From Eledone cirrhosa (taxonomy: Eukaryota): DNA of 64,000 nucleotides. The notes below the pieces were generated by a model. The model saw nothing but the letters and a program-made list of their open reading frames with translations, was not told where the DNA came from and searched no databases. The stretch lies in contig OZ024753.1 of assembly GCA_964016885.1 (NCBI GenBank), positions 28,396,001-28,460,000 on the forward strand, given 5' to 3'. Within the stretch, counting starts at the first letter, position 1. Each line of letters opens with the position of its first letter. Of the stretch, positions 39,822 through 54,756 are shown piece by piece. The position numbers were made by a program, and so were the translations under genes.

Positions 39822-42800
39822 AATTATTACTGCCAGACAGTCACTCATGTATGGGCCTTGGTAGTTAAAAAAGAGAGCTCTATATAATTATTACTGCCAG
39901 ACAGTCACTCTTGTATAGGCCTTGGTAGTTACAAAAGGGAGCTCTATATAATTATTACTGCCAGAAAGTCACTCATGTATAGGCCTTGGTAGTTAAAAAA
40001 GAGAGCTCTATATAATTATTACTGCCACCCAGTCACTCATGTATGGGCCTTGGTAGTTACAAAAGACAGCTCTATATAATTATTACTGCCAGACAGTCAC
40101 TCATGTAGTGGCCTTGGTAGTTACAAAAGAGAGCTCTATATAATTATTACTGCCAGACAGTCACTCATGTATGGGCCTTGGTAGTTACAAAAGAGAGCTC
40201 TATATAATTATTACTGCCAGACAGTCACTCATGTATGGGCCTTGGTAGTTACAAAAGACAGCTCTATATAATTATTACTGCCAGACAGTCACTCATGTAT
40301 GGGCCTTGGTAGTTACAAAAGAGAGCTCTATATAATTATTACTGCCAGACAGTCACTCATGTATGGGCCTTGGTAGTTACAAAAGACAGCTCTATATAAT
40401 TATTACTGCCAGACAGTCACTCATGTATGGGCCTTGGTAGTTACAAAAGAGAGCTCTATATAATTATTACTGCCAGACAGTCACTCATGTATGGGCCTTG
40501 GTAGTTACAAAAGAGAGCTCTATATAATTATTACTGCCAGACAGTCACTCATGTATGGGCCTTGGTAGTTACAAAAGACAGCTCTATATAATTATTACTG
40601 CCAGACAGTCACTCATGTATGGGCCTTGGTAGTTACAAAAGAGAGCTCTATATAATTATTACTGCCAGACAGTCACTCATGTATGGGCCTTGGTAGTTAC
40701 AAAAGACAGCTCTATATAATTATTACTGCCAGACAGTCACTCATGTATAGGCCTTGGTAGTTACAAAAGGGAGCTCTATATAATTATTACTGCCAGACAG
40801 TCACTCATGTATAGGCCTTGGTAGTTACAAAAGAGAGCTCTATATAATTATTACTGCCAGACGGTCACTCATGTATGGGCCTTGGTAGTTACAAAAGAGA
40901 GCTCTATATAATTATTACTGCCAGGCAGTCACTCATGTATGGGCCTTGGTAGTTACAAAAGACAGCTCTATATAATTATTACTGCCAGACAGTCACTCAT
41001 GTATGGGCCTTGGTAGTTACAAAAGAGAGCTCTATATAATTATTACTGCCAGACAGTCACTCATGTATAGGCCTTGGTAGTTACAAAAGGGAGCTCTATA
41101 TAATTATTACTGCCAGACAGTCACTCATGTATAGGCATTGGTAGTTACAAAAGAGAGCTCTATATAATTATTACTGCCAGACAGTCACTCATGTATGGGC
41201 CTTGGTAGTTACAAAAGACAGCTCTATATAATTATTACTGCCAGACAGTGACTCATGTATGGGCCTTGGTAGTTACAAAAGAGAGCTCTATATAATTATT
41301 ACTGCCACACAGTCACTCTTGTATAGGCCTTGGTAGTTACAAAAGGGAGCTCTATATAATTATTACTGCCAGAAAGTCACTCATGTATAGGCCTTGGTAG
41401 TTAAAAAAGAGAGCTCTATATAATTATTACTGCCACACAGTCACTCATGTATGGGCCTTGGTAGTTACAAAAGACAGCTCTATATAATTATTACTGCCAG
41501 ACAGTCACTCATGTAGTGGCCTTGGTAGTTACAAAAGAGAGCTCTATATAATTATTACTGCCAGACAGTCACTCATGTATGGGCCTTGGTAGTTACAAAA
41601 GAGAGCTCTATATAATTAATACTGCCAGACAGTCACTCATGTATGGGCCTTGGTAGTTACAAAAGACAGCTCTATATAATTATTACTGCCAGACAGTCAC
41701 TCATGTATGGGCCTTGGTAGTTACAAAAGAGAGCTCTATATAATTATTACTGCCAGACAGTCACTCATGTATGGGCCTTGGTAGTTACAAAAGAGAGCTC
41801 TATATAATTATTACTGCCAGACAGTCACTCATGTATAGGCCTTGGTAGTTACAAAAGGGAGCTCTATATAATTATTACTGCCAGACAGTCACTCATGTAT
41901 AGGTCTTGGTAGTTACAAAAGAGAGCTCTATATAATTATTACTGCCACACAGTCACTCATGTATGGGCCTTGGTAGTTACAAAAGACAGCTCTATATAAT
42001 TATTACTGCCAGACAGTCACTCATGTATGGGCCTTGGTAGTTACAAAAAAGAGCTCTATATAATTATTACTGCCAGACAGTCACTCATGTATGGGCCTTG
42101 GTAGTTATAAAAGAGAGCTCTATATAATTATTACTGCCAGACAGTCACTCATGTATGGGCCTTGGTAGTTACAAAAGACAGCTCTATATAATTATTACTG
42201 CCAGACAGTCACTCATGTATGGGCCTTGGTAGTTACAAAAGAGAGCTCTATATAATTATTACTGCCAGACAGTCACTCATGTATGGGCCTTGGTAGTTAC
42301 AAAAGACAGCTCTATATAATTATTACTGCCAGACAGACACACATGTATGGGCCTTGGCAGTTACAAAAGACAGCTCTATATAATTATTACTGCCAGACAG
42401 TCACTCATGTATGGGCCTTGGTAGTTACAAAAGAGAGCTCTATATAATTATTACTGCCAGACAGTCACTCATGTATGGGCCTTGGTAGTTACAAAAGAGA
42501 GCTCTATATAATTATTACTGCCAGACAGTCACTCATGTATAGGCATTGATAGTTACAAAAGAGAGCTCTATATAATTATTACTGCCAGACAGTCACTCAT
42601 GTATGAGCCTTGGTAGTTACAAAAGAGAGCTCTATAAAATTATTACTGCCAGACAGTCACTCATGTATGGGCCTTGGTAGTTAAAAAAGAGAGCTCTATA
42701 TAATTATTACTGCCAGACAGTCACTCTTGTATAGGCCTTGGTAGTTACAAAAGGGAGCTCTATATAATTATTACTGCCAGAAAGTCACTCATGTATAGGC

Positions 42801-45279
42801 CTTGGTAGTTAAAAAAGAGAGCTCTATATAATTATTACTGCCACCCAGTCACTCATGTATGGGCCTTGGTAGTTACAAAAGACAGCTCTATATAATTATT
42901 ACTGCCAGACAGTCACTCATGTAGTGGCCTTGGTAGTTACAAAAGAGAGCTCTATATAATTATTACTGCCAGACAGTCACTCATGTATGGGCCTTGGTAG
43001 TTACAAAAGAGAGCTCTATATAATTATTACTGCCAGACAGTCACTCATGTATGGGCCTTGGTAGTTACAAAAGACAGCTCTATATAATTATTACTGCCAG
43101 ACAGTCACTCATGTATGGGCCTTGGTAGTTACAAAAGAGAGCTCTATATAATTATTACTGCCAGACAGTCACTCATGTATGGGCCTTGGTAGTTACAAAA
43201 GACAGCTCTATATAATTATTACTGCCAGACAGTCACTCATGTATGGGCCTTGGTAGTTACAAAAGAGAGCTCTATATAATTATTACTGCCAGACAGTCAC
43301 TCATGTATGGGCCTTGGTAGTTACAAAAGAGAGCTCTATATAATTATTACTGCCAGACAGTCACTCATGTATGGGCCTTGGTAGTTACAAAAGACAGCTC
43401 TATATAATTATTACTGCCAGACAGTCACTCATGTATGGGCCTTGGTAGTTACAAAAGAGAGCTCTATATAATTATTACTGCCAGACAGTCACTCATGTAT
43501 GGGCCTTGGTAGTTACAAAAGACAGCTCTATATAATTATTACTGCCAGACAGTCACTCATGTATAGGCCTTGGTAGTTACAAAAGGGAGCTCTATATAAT
43601 TATTACTGCCAGACAGTCACTCATGTATAGGCCTTGGTAGTTACAAAAGAGAGCTCTATATAATTATTACTGCCAGACGGTCACTCATGTATGGGCCTTG
43701 GTAGTTACAAAAGAGAGCTCTATATAATTATTACTGCCAGGCAGTCACTCATGTATGGGCCTTGGTAGTTACAAAAGACAGCTCTATATAATTATTACTG
43801 CCAGACAGTCACTCATGTATGGGCCTTGGTAGTTACAAAAGAGAGCTCTATATAATTATTACTGCCAGACAGTCACTCATGTATAGGCCTTGGTAGTTAC
43901 AAAAGGGAGCTCTATATAATTATTACTGCCAGACAGTCACTCATGTATAGGCATTGGTAGTTACAAAAGAGAGCTCTATATAATTATTACTGCCAGACAG
44001 TCACTCATGTATGGGCCTTGGTAGTTACAAAAGACAGCTCTATATAATTATTACTGCCAGACAGTGACTCATGTATGGGCCTTGGTAGTTACAAAAGAGA
44101 GCTCTATATAATTATTACTGCCAGACAGTCACTCTTGTATAGGCCTTGGTAGTTACAAAAGGGAGCTCTATATAATTATTACTGCCAGAAAGTCACTCAT
44201 GTATAGGCCTTGGTAGTTAAAAAAGAGAGCTCTATATAATTATTACTGCCACACAGTCACTCATGTATGGGCCTTGGTAGTTACAAAAGACAGCTCTATA
44301 TAATTATTACTGCCAGACAGTCACTCATGTAGTGGCCTTGGTAGTTACAAAAGAGAGCTCTATATAATTATTACTGCCAGACAGTCACTCATGTATGGGC
44401 CTTGGTAGTTACAAAAGAGAGCTCTATATAATTAATACTGCCAGACAGTCACTCATGTATGGGCCTTGGTAGTTACAAAAGACAGCTCTATATAATTATT
44501 ACTGCCAGACAGTCACTCATGTATGGGCCTTGGTAGTTACAAAAGAGAGCTCTATATAATTATTACTGCCAGACAGTCACTCATGTATGGGCCTTGGTAG
44601 TTACAAAAGAGAGCTCTATATAATTATTACTGCCAGACAGTCACTCATGTATAGGCCTTGGTAGTTACAAAAGGGAGCTCTATATAATTATTACTGCCAG
44701 ACAGTCACTCATGTATAGGTCTTGGTAGTTACAAAAGAGAGCTCTATATAATTATTACTGCCACACAGTCACTCATGTATGGGCCTTGGTAGTTACAAAA
44801 GACAGCTCTATATAATTATTACTGCCAGACAGTCACTCATGTATGGGCCTTGGTAGTTACAAAAAAGAGCTCTATATAATTATTACTGCCAGACAGTCAC
44901 TCATGTATGGGCCTTGGTAGTTATAAAAGAGAGCTCTATATAATTATTACTGCCAGACAGTCACTCATGTATGGGCCTTGGTAGTTACAAAAGACAGCTC
45001 TATATAATTATTACTGCCAGACAGTCACTCATGTATGGGCCTTGGTAGTTACAAAATAGAGCTCTATATAATTATTACTGCCAGACAGTCACTCATGTAT
45101 GGGCCTTGGTAGTTACAAAAGACAGCTCTATATAATTATTACTGCCAGACAGACACACATGTATGGGCCTTGGCAGTTACAAAAGACAGCTCTATATAAT
45201 TATTACTGCCAGACAGTCACTCATGTATGGGCCTTGGTAGTTACAAAAGAGAGCTCTATATAATTATTACTGCCAGACA
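39822..45279 (+). repeat. Near-tandem duplication, period 2816 bp (44 monomers): 39822-42463 repeated at 42638-45279
   Basis: TTGTATAGG 39911/42727, CCAGAAAG 39961/42777, CCAGGCAG 40921/43737, AGACAGACAC 42331/45147. Only two internal differences noticed (~41308, ~45057). Confidence 0.88.
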
Positions 45280-48200
45280 TTCACTCATGTATGGGCCTTG
45301 TTAGTTACAAAAGAGAGCTCTATATAATTGTTACTGCCAGACGGTCACTCATGTATGGGCCTTGTTATTTACAAAAGAGAGCTCTATATAATTGTTACTG
45401 CCAGACAGTCACTCATGTATAGGCCTTGGTAGTTACAAAAGGGAGCTCTATATAATTATTACTGCCAGACAGTCACTCATGTATGGGCCTTGGTAGTTAC
45501 AAAAGACAGCTCTATATAATTATTACTGCCAGACAGTCACTCATGTAAGGGCATTGGTAGTTACAAAAGACAGCTCTATATAATTGTTACTGCCAGACAG
45601 TCACTAATGTATAGGCCTTAGTAGTTACAAAAGAGAGTTCTATATAATTATTACTGCCAGACAGTCACTCATGTATGGGCCTTGGTAGTTACAAAAGAGA
45701 GCTCTATATAATTGTTACTGCCAGACAGTCACTCATGTATGGGCCTTGGTTACAAAAGAGAGCTCTATATAATTATTACTGCCAGACAGTCACTCATGTA
45801 TGGGCCTTGGTAGTTACAAAAGAGAGCTCTATATAATTAATACTGCCAGACAGTCACTCATGTATGGGCCTTGGTAGTTACAAAAGAGAGCTCTATATAA
45901 TTAATACTGCCAGACAGTCACTCATGTATGGGCCTTGGTAGTTACAAAAGACAGCTCTATATAATTATTACTGCCAGACAGTCACTCATGTATGGGCCTT
46001 GGTAGTTACAAAAGAGAGCTCTATATAATTATTACTGCCAGACAGTCACTCATGTATGGGCCTTGGTAGTTACAAAAGAGAGCTCTATATAATTATTACT
46101 GCCAGACAGTCACTCATGTATAGGCCTTGGTAGTTACAAAAGGGAGCTCTATATAATTATTACTGCCAGACAGTCACTCATGTATAGGTCTTGGTAGTTA
46201 CAAAAGAGAGCTCTATATAATTATTACTGCCACACAGTCACTCATGTATGGGCCTTGGTAGTTACAAAAGACAGCTCTATATAATTATTACTGCCAGACA
46301 GTCACTCATGTATGGGCCTTGGTAGTTACAAAAAAGAGCTCTATATAATTATTACTGCCAGACAGTCACTCATGTATGGGCCTTGGTAGTTATAAAAGAG
46401 AGCTCTATATAATTATTACTGCCAGACAGTCACTCATGTATGGGCCTTGGTAGTTACAAAAGACAGCTCTATATAATTATTACTGCCAGACAGTCACTCA
46501 TGTATGGGCCTTGGTAGTTACAAAAGAGAGCTCTATATAATTATTACTGCCAGACAGTCACTCATGTATGGGCCTTGGTAGTTACAAAAGACAGCTCTAT
46601 ATAATTATTACTGCCAGACAGACACACATGTATGGGCCTTGGCAGTTACAAAAGACAGCTCTATATAATTATTACTGCCAGACAGTCACTCATGTATGGG
46701 CCTTGGTAGTTACAAAAGAGAGCTCTATATAATTATTACTGCCAGACAGTCACTCATGTATGGGCCTTGGTAGTTACAAAAGAGAGCTCTATATAATTAT
46801 TACTGCCAGACAGTCACTCATGTATAGGCATTGATAGTTACAAAAGAGAGCTCTATATAATTATTACTGCCAGACAGTCACTCATGTATGAGCCTTGGTA
46901 GTTACAAAAGAGAGCTCTATAAAATTATTACTGCCAGACAGTCACTCATGTATGGGCCTTGGTAGTTAAAAAAGAGAGCTCTATATAATTATTACTGCCA
47001 GACAGTCACTCTTGTATAGGCCTTGGTAGTTACAAAAGGGAGCTCTATATAATTATTACTGCCAGAAAGTCACTCATGTATAGGCCTTGGTAGTTAAAAA
47101 AGAGAGCTCTATATAATTATTACTGCCACCCAGTCACTCATGTATGGGCCTTGGTAGTTACAAAAGACAGCTCTATATAATTATTACTGCCAGACAGTCA
47201 CTCATGTAGTGGCCTTGGTAGTTACAAAAGAGAGCTCTATATAATTATTACTGCCAGACAGTCACTCATGTATGGGCCTTGGTAGTTACAAAAGAGAGCT
47301 CTATATAATTATTACTGCCAGACAGTCACTCATGTATGGGCCTTGGTAGTTACAAAAGACAGCTCTATATAATTATTACTGCCAGACAGTCACTCATGTA
47401 TGGGCCTTGGTAGTTACAAAAGAGAGCTCTATATAATTATTACTGCCAGACAGTCACTCATGTATGGGCCTTGGTAGTTACAAAAGACAGCTCTATATAA
47501 TTATTACTGCCAGACAGTCACTCATGTATGGGCCTTGGTAGTTACAAAAGAGAGCTCTATATAATTATTACTGCCAGACAGTCACTCATGTATGGGCCTT
47601 GGTAGTTACAAAAGAGAGCTCTATATAATTATTACTGCCAGACAGTCACTCATGTATGGGCCTTGGTAGTTACAAAAGACAGCTCTATATAATTATTACT
47701 GCCAGACAGTCACTCATGTATGGGCCTTGGTAGTTACAAAAGAGAGCTCTATATAATTATTACTGCCAGACAGTCACTCATGTATGGGCCTTGGTAGTTA
47801 CAAAAGACAGCTCTATATAATTATTACTGCCAGACAGTCACTCATGTATAGGCCTTGGTAGTTACAAAAGGGAGCTCTATATAATTATTACTGCCAGACA
47901 GTCACTCATGTATAGGCCTTGGTAGTTACAAAAGAGAGCTCTATATAATTATTACTGCCAGACGGTCACTCATGTATGGGCCTTGGTAGTTACAAAAGAG
48001 AGCTCTATATAATTATTACTGCCAGGCAGTCACTCATGTATGGGCCTTGGTAGTTACAAAAGACAGCTCTATATAATTATTACTGCCAGACAGTCACTCA
48101 TGTATGGGCCTTGGTAGTTACAAAAGAGAGCTCTATATAATTATTACTGCCAGACAGTCACTCATGTATAGGCCTTGGTAGTTACAAAAGGGAGCTCTAT

Positions 48201-50123
48201 ATAATTATTACTGCCAGACAGTCACTCATGTATAGGCATTGGTAGTTACAAAAGAGAGCTCTATATAATTATTACTGCCAGACAGTCACTCATGTATGGG
48301 CCTTGGTAGTTACAAAAGACAGCTCTATATAATTATTACTGCCAGACAGTGACTCATGTATGGGCCTTGGTAGTTACAAAAGAGAGCTCTATATAATTAT
48401 TACTGCCAGACAGTCACTCTTGTATAGGCCTTGGTAGTTACAAAAGGGAGCTCTATATAATTATTACTGCCAGAAAGTCACTCATGTATAGGCCTTGGTA
48501 GTTAAAAAAGAGAGCTCTATATAATTATTACTGCCACACAGTCACTCATGTATGGGCCTTGGTAGTTACAAAAGACAGCTCTATATAATTATTACTGCCA
48601 GACAGTCACTCATGTAGTGGCCTTGGTAGTTACAAAAGAGAGCTCTATATAATTATTACTGCCAGACAGTCACTCATGTATGGGCCTTGGTAGTTACAAA
48701 AGAGAGCTCTATATAATTAATACTGCCAGACAGTCACTCATGTATGGGCCTTGGTAGTTACAAAAGACAGCTCTATATAATTATTACTGCCAGACAGTCA
48801 CTCATGTATGGGCCTTGGTAGTTACAAAAGAGAGCTCTATATAATTATTACTGCCAGACAGTCACTCATGTATGGGCCTTGGTAGTTACAAAAGAGAGCT
48901 CTATATAATTATTACTGCCAGACAGTCACTCATGTATAGGCCTTGGTAGTTACAAAAGGGAGCTCTATATAATTATTACTGCCAGACAGTCACTCATGTA
49001 TAGGTCTTGGTAGTTACAAAAGAGAGCTCTATATAATTATTACTGCCACACAGTCACTCATGTATGGGCCTTGGTAGTTACAAAAGACAGCTCTATATAA
49101 TTATTACTGCCAGACAGTCACTCATGTATGGGCCTTGGTAGTTACAAAAAAGAGCTCTATATAATTATTACTGCCAGACAGTCACTCATGTATGGGCCTT
49201 GGTAGTTATAAAAGAGAGCTCTATATAATTATTACTGCCAGACAGTCACTCATGTATGGGCCTTGGTAGTTACAAAAGACAGCTCTATATAATTATTACT
49301 GCCAGACAGTCACTCATGTATGGGCCTTGGTAGTTACAAAAGAGAGCTCTATATAATTATTACTGCCAGACAGTCACTCATGTATGGGCCTTGGTAGTTA
49401 CAAAAGACAGCTCTATATAATTATTACTGCCAGACAGACACACATGTATGGGCCTTGGCAGTTACAAAAGACAGCTCTATATAATTATTACTGCCAGACA
49501 GTCACTCATGTATGGGCCTTGGTAGTTACAAAAGAGAGCTCTATATAATTATTACTGCCAGACATTCACTCATGTATGGGCCTTGTTAGTTACAAAAGAG
49601 AGCTCTATATAATTGTTACTGCCAGACGGTCACTCATGTATGGGCCTTGTTATTTACAAAAGAGAGCTCTATATAATTGTTACTGCCAGACAGTCACTCA
49701 TGTATAGGCCTTGGTAGTTACAAAAGGGAGCTCTATATAATTATTACTGCCAGACAGTCACTCATGTATGGGCCTTGGTAGTTACAAAAGACAGCTCTAT
49801 ATAATTATTACTGCCAGACAGTCACTCATGTAAGGGCATTGGTAGTTACAAAAGACAGCTCTATATAATTGTTACTGCCAGACAGTCACTAATGTATAGG
49901 CCTTAGTAGTTACAAAAGAGAGTTCTATATAATTATTACTGCCAGACAGTCACTCATGGATGGGCCTTGGTAGTTACAAAAGAGAGATCTATATAATTGT
50001 TACTGCCAGACAGTCACTCATGTATGGGCCTTGGTTACAAAAGAGAGCTCTATATAATTATTACTGCCAGACAGTCACTCATGTATGGGCCTTGGTAGTT
50101 ACAAAAGAGAGCTCTATATAATT
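41556..50123 (+). repeat. Head-to-tail tandem duplication, period 4285 bp (67 monomers - 3 nt): 41556-45838 repeated at 45841-50123
   Basis: TATAATTAAT 41611/45896, private AGGCATTGAT 42541/46826, TTGTATAGG 42727/47012, 3-bp deletion monomer 45741/50026. About 3 differences noticed (~45057, ~49959, ~49988). Confidence 0.88.
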
Positions 50124-53100
50124 GTTACTGGCAGATAGTCACTCATGTATGGGCCTTGGTAGTTACAAAAGAGAGCTCTATATAATTATTACTGCCACCC
50201 AGTCACTCATGTATGGGCCTTGGTAGTTACAAAAGACAGCTCTATATAATTATTACTGCCAGACAGTCACTCATGTAGTGGCCTTGGTAGTTACAAAAGA
50301 GAGCTCTATATAATTATTACTGCCAGACAGTCACTCATGTATGGGCCTTGGTAGTTACAAAAGAGAGCTCTATATAATTATTACTGCCAGACAGTCACTC
50401 ATGTATGGGCCTTGGTAGTTACAAAAGACAGCTCTATATAATTATTACTGCCAGACAGTCACTCATGTATGGGCCTTGGTAGTTACAAAAGAGAGCTCTA
50501 TATAATTATTACTGCCAGACAGTCACTCATGTATGGGCCTTGGTAGTTACAAAAGACAGCTCTATATAATTATTACTGCCAGACAGTCACTCATGTATGG
50601 GCCTTGGTAGTTACAAAAGAGAGCTCTATATAATTATTACTGCCAGACAGTCACTCATGTATGGGCCTTGGTAGTTACAAAAGAGAGCTCTATATAATTA
50701 TTACTGCCAGACAGTCACTCATGTATGGGCCTTGGTAGTTACAAAAGACAGCTCTATATAATTATTACTGCCAGACAGTCACTCATGTATGGGCCTTGGT
50801 AGTTACAAAAGAGAGCTCTATATAATTATTACTGCCAGACAGTCACTCATGTATGGGCCTTGGTAGTTACAAAAAAGAGCTCTATATAATTATTACTGCC
50901 AGACAGTCACTCATGTATGGGCCTTGGTAGTTATAAAAGAGAGCTCTATATAATTATTACTGCCAGACAGTCACTCATGTATGGGCCTTGGTAGTTACAA
51001 AAGACAGCTCTATATAATTATTACTGCCAGACAGTCACTCATGTATGGGCCTTGGTAGTTACAAAAGAGAGCTCTATATAATTATTACTGCCAGACAGTC
51101 ACTCATGTATGGGCCTTGGTAGTTACAAAAGACAGCTCTATATAATTATTACTGCCAGACAGACACACATGTATGGGCCTTGGCAGTTACAAAAGACAGC
51201 TCTATATAATTATTACTGCCAGACAGTCACTCATGTATGGGCCTTGGTAGTTACAAAAGAGAGCTCTATATAATTATTACTGCCAGACATTCACTCACGT
51301 ATGGGCCTTGTTAGTTACAAAAGAGAGCTCTATATAATTGTTACTGCCAGACGGTCACTCATGTATGGGCCTTGTTATTTACAAAAGAGAGCTCTATATA
51401 ATTATTACTGCCAGACAGTCACTCATGTATGGGCCTTGGTAGTTACAAAAGAGAGCTCTATATAATTGTTACTGCCAGACAGTCACTCATGTATGGGCCT
51501 TGGTAGTTACAAAAGAGAGCTCTATATAATTGTTACTGCCAGACAGTCAGTCATGTATAGGCCTTGGTAGTTACAAAAGGGAGCTCTATATAATTATTAC
51601 TGCCAGACAGTCACTCATGTATGGGCCTTGGTAGTTACAAAAGACAGCTCTATATAATTATTACTGCCAGACAGTCACTCATGTAAGGGCATTGGTAGTT
51701 ACAAAAGACAGCTCTATATAATTGTTACTGCCAGACAGTCACTAATGTATAGGCCTTAGTAGTTACAAAAGAGAGTTCTATATAATTATTACTGCCAGAC
51801 AGTCACTCATGTATGGGCCTTGGTAGTTACAAAAGAGAGCTCTATATAATTATTACTGCCAGACAGTCACTCATGTATGGGCCTTGGTTACAAAAGAGAG
51901 CTCTATATAATTATTACTGCCAGACAGTCACTCATGTATGGGCCTTGGTAGTTACAAAAGAGAGCTCTATATAATTGTTACTGGCAGATAGTCACTCATG
52001 TATGGGCCTTGGTAGTTACAAAAGAGAGCTCTATATAATTATTACTGCCACCCAGTCACTCATGTATGGGCCTTGGTAGTTACAAAAGACAGCTCTATAT
52101 AATTATTACTGCCAGACAGTCACTCATGTAGTGGCCTTGGTAGTTACAAAAGAGAGCTCTATATAATTATTACTGCCAGACAGTCACTCATGTATGGGCC
52201 TTGGTAGTTACAAAAGAGAGCTCTATATAATTATTACTGCCAGACAGTCACTCATGTATGGGCCTTGGTAGTTACAAAAGACAGCTCTATATAATTATTA
52301 CTGCCAGACAGTCACTCATGTATGGGCCTTGGTAGTTACAAAAGAGAGCTCTATATAATTATTACTGCCAGACAGTCACTCATGTATGGGCCTTGGTAGT
52401 TACAAAAGACAGCTCTATATAATTATTACTGCCAGACAGTCACTCATGTATGGGCCTTGGTAGTTACAAAAGAGAGCTCTATATAATTATTACTGCCAGA
52501 CAGTCACTCATGTATGGGCCTTGGTAGTTACAAAAGAGAGCTCTATATAATTATTACTGCCAGACAGTCACTCATGTATGGGCCTTGGTAGTTACAAAAG
52601 ACAGCTCTATATAATTATTACTGCCAGACAGTCACTCATGTATGGGCCTTGGTAGTTACAAAAGAGAGCTCTATATAATTATTACTGCCAGACAGTCACT
52701 CATGTATGGGCCTTGGTAGTTACAAAAGACAGCTCTATATAATGATTACTGCCAGACAGTCACTCATGTATAGGCCTTGGTAGTTACAAAAGGGAGCTCT
52801 ATATAATTATTACTGCCAGACAGTCACTCATGTATAGGCCTTGGTAGTTACAAAAGAGAGCTCTATATAATTATTACTGCCAGACGGTCACTCATGTATG
52901 GGCCTTGGTAGTTACAAAAGAGAGCTCTATATAATTATTACTGCCAGACAGTCACTCATGTATGGGCCTTGGTAGTTACAAAAGACAGCTCTATATAATT
53001 ATTACTGCCAGACAGTCACTCATGTATGGGCATTGGTAGTTACAAAAGAGAGCTCTATATAATTATTACTGCCAGACAGTCACTCATGTATAGGCCTTGG

Positions 53101-54756
53101 TAGTTACAAAAGGGAGCTCTATATAATTATTACTGCCAGACAGTCACTCATGTATAGGCATTGGTAGTTACAAAAGAGAGCTCTATATAATTATTACTGC
53201 CAGACAGTCACTCATGTATGGGCCTTGGTAGTTACAAAAGACAGCTCTATATAATTATTACTGCCAGACAGTGACTCATGTATGGGCCTTGGTAGTTACA
53301 AAAGAGAGCTCTATATAATTATTACTGCCAGACAGTCACTCATGTATAGGCCTTGGTAGTTACAAAAGGGAGCTCTATATAATTATTACTGCCAGAAAGT
53401 CACTCATGTATAGGCCTTGGTAGTTAAAAAAGAGAGCTCTATATAATTATTACTGCCACACAGTCACTCATGTATGGGCCTTGGTAGTTACAAAAGACAG
53501 CTCTATATAATTATTACTGCCAGACAGTCACTCATGTAGTGGCCTTGGTAGTTACAAAAGAGAGCTCTATATAATTATTACTGCCAGACAGTCACTCATG
53601 TATGGGCCTTGGTAGTTACAAAAGAGAGCTCTATATAATTAATACTGCCAGACAGTCACTCATGTATGGGCCTTGGTAGTTACAAAAGACAGCTCTATAT
53701 AATTATTACTGCCAGACAGTCACTCATGTATGGGCCTTGGTAGTTACAAAAGAGAGCTCTATATAATTATTACTGCCAGACAGTCACTCATGTATGGGCC
53801 TTGGTAGTTACAAAAGAGAGCTCTATATAATTATTACTGCCAGACAGTCACTCATGTATAGGCCTTGGTAGTTACAAAAGGGAGCTCTATATAATTATTA
53901 CTGCCAGACAGTCACTCATGTATAGGTCTTGGTAGTTACAAAAGAGAGCTCTATATAATTATTACTGCCACACAGTCACTCATGTATGGGCCTTGGTAGT
54001 TACAAAAGACAGCTCTATATAATTATTACTGCCAGACAGTCACTCATGTATGGGCCTTGGTAGTTACAAAAAAGAGCTCTATATAATTATTACTGCCAGA
54101 CAGTCACTCATGTATGGGCCTTGGTAGTTATAAAAGAGAGCTCTATATAATTATTACTGCCAGACAGTCACTCATGTATGGGCCTTGGTAGTTACAAAAG
54201 ACAGCTCTATATAATTATTACTGCCAGACAGTCACTCATGTATGGGCCTTGGTAGTTACAAAAGAGAGCTCTATATAATTATTACTGCCAGACAGTCACT
54301 CATGTATGGGCCTTGGTAGTTACAAAAGACAGCTCTATATAATTATTACTGCCAGACAGACACACATATATGGGCCTTGGCAGTTACAAAAGACAGCTCT
54401 ATATAATTATTACTGCCAGACAGTCACTCATGTATGGGCCTTGGTAGTTACAAAAGAGAGCTCTATATAATTATTACTGCCAGACATTCACTCATGTATG
54501 GGCCTTGTTAGTTACAAAAGAGAGCTCTATATAATTGTTACTGCCAGACGGTCACTCATGTATGGGCCTTGTTATTTACAAAAGAGAGCTCTATATAATT
54601 ATTACTGCCAGACAGTCACTCATGTATGGGCCTTGGTAGTTACAAAAGAGAGCTCTATATAATTGTTACTGCCAGACAGTCACTCATGTATGGGCCTTGG
54701 TAGTTACAAAAGAGAGCTCTATATAATTGTTACTGCCAGACAGTCACTCATGTATT

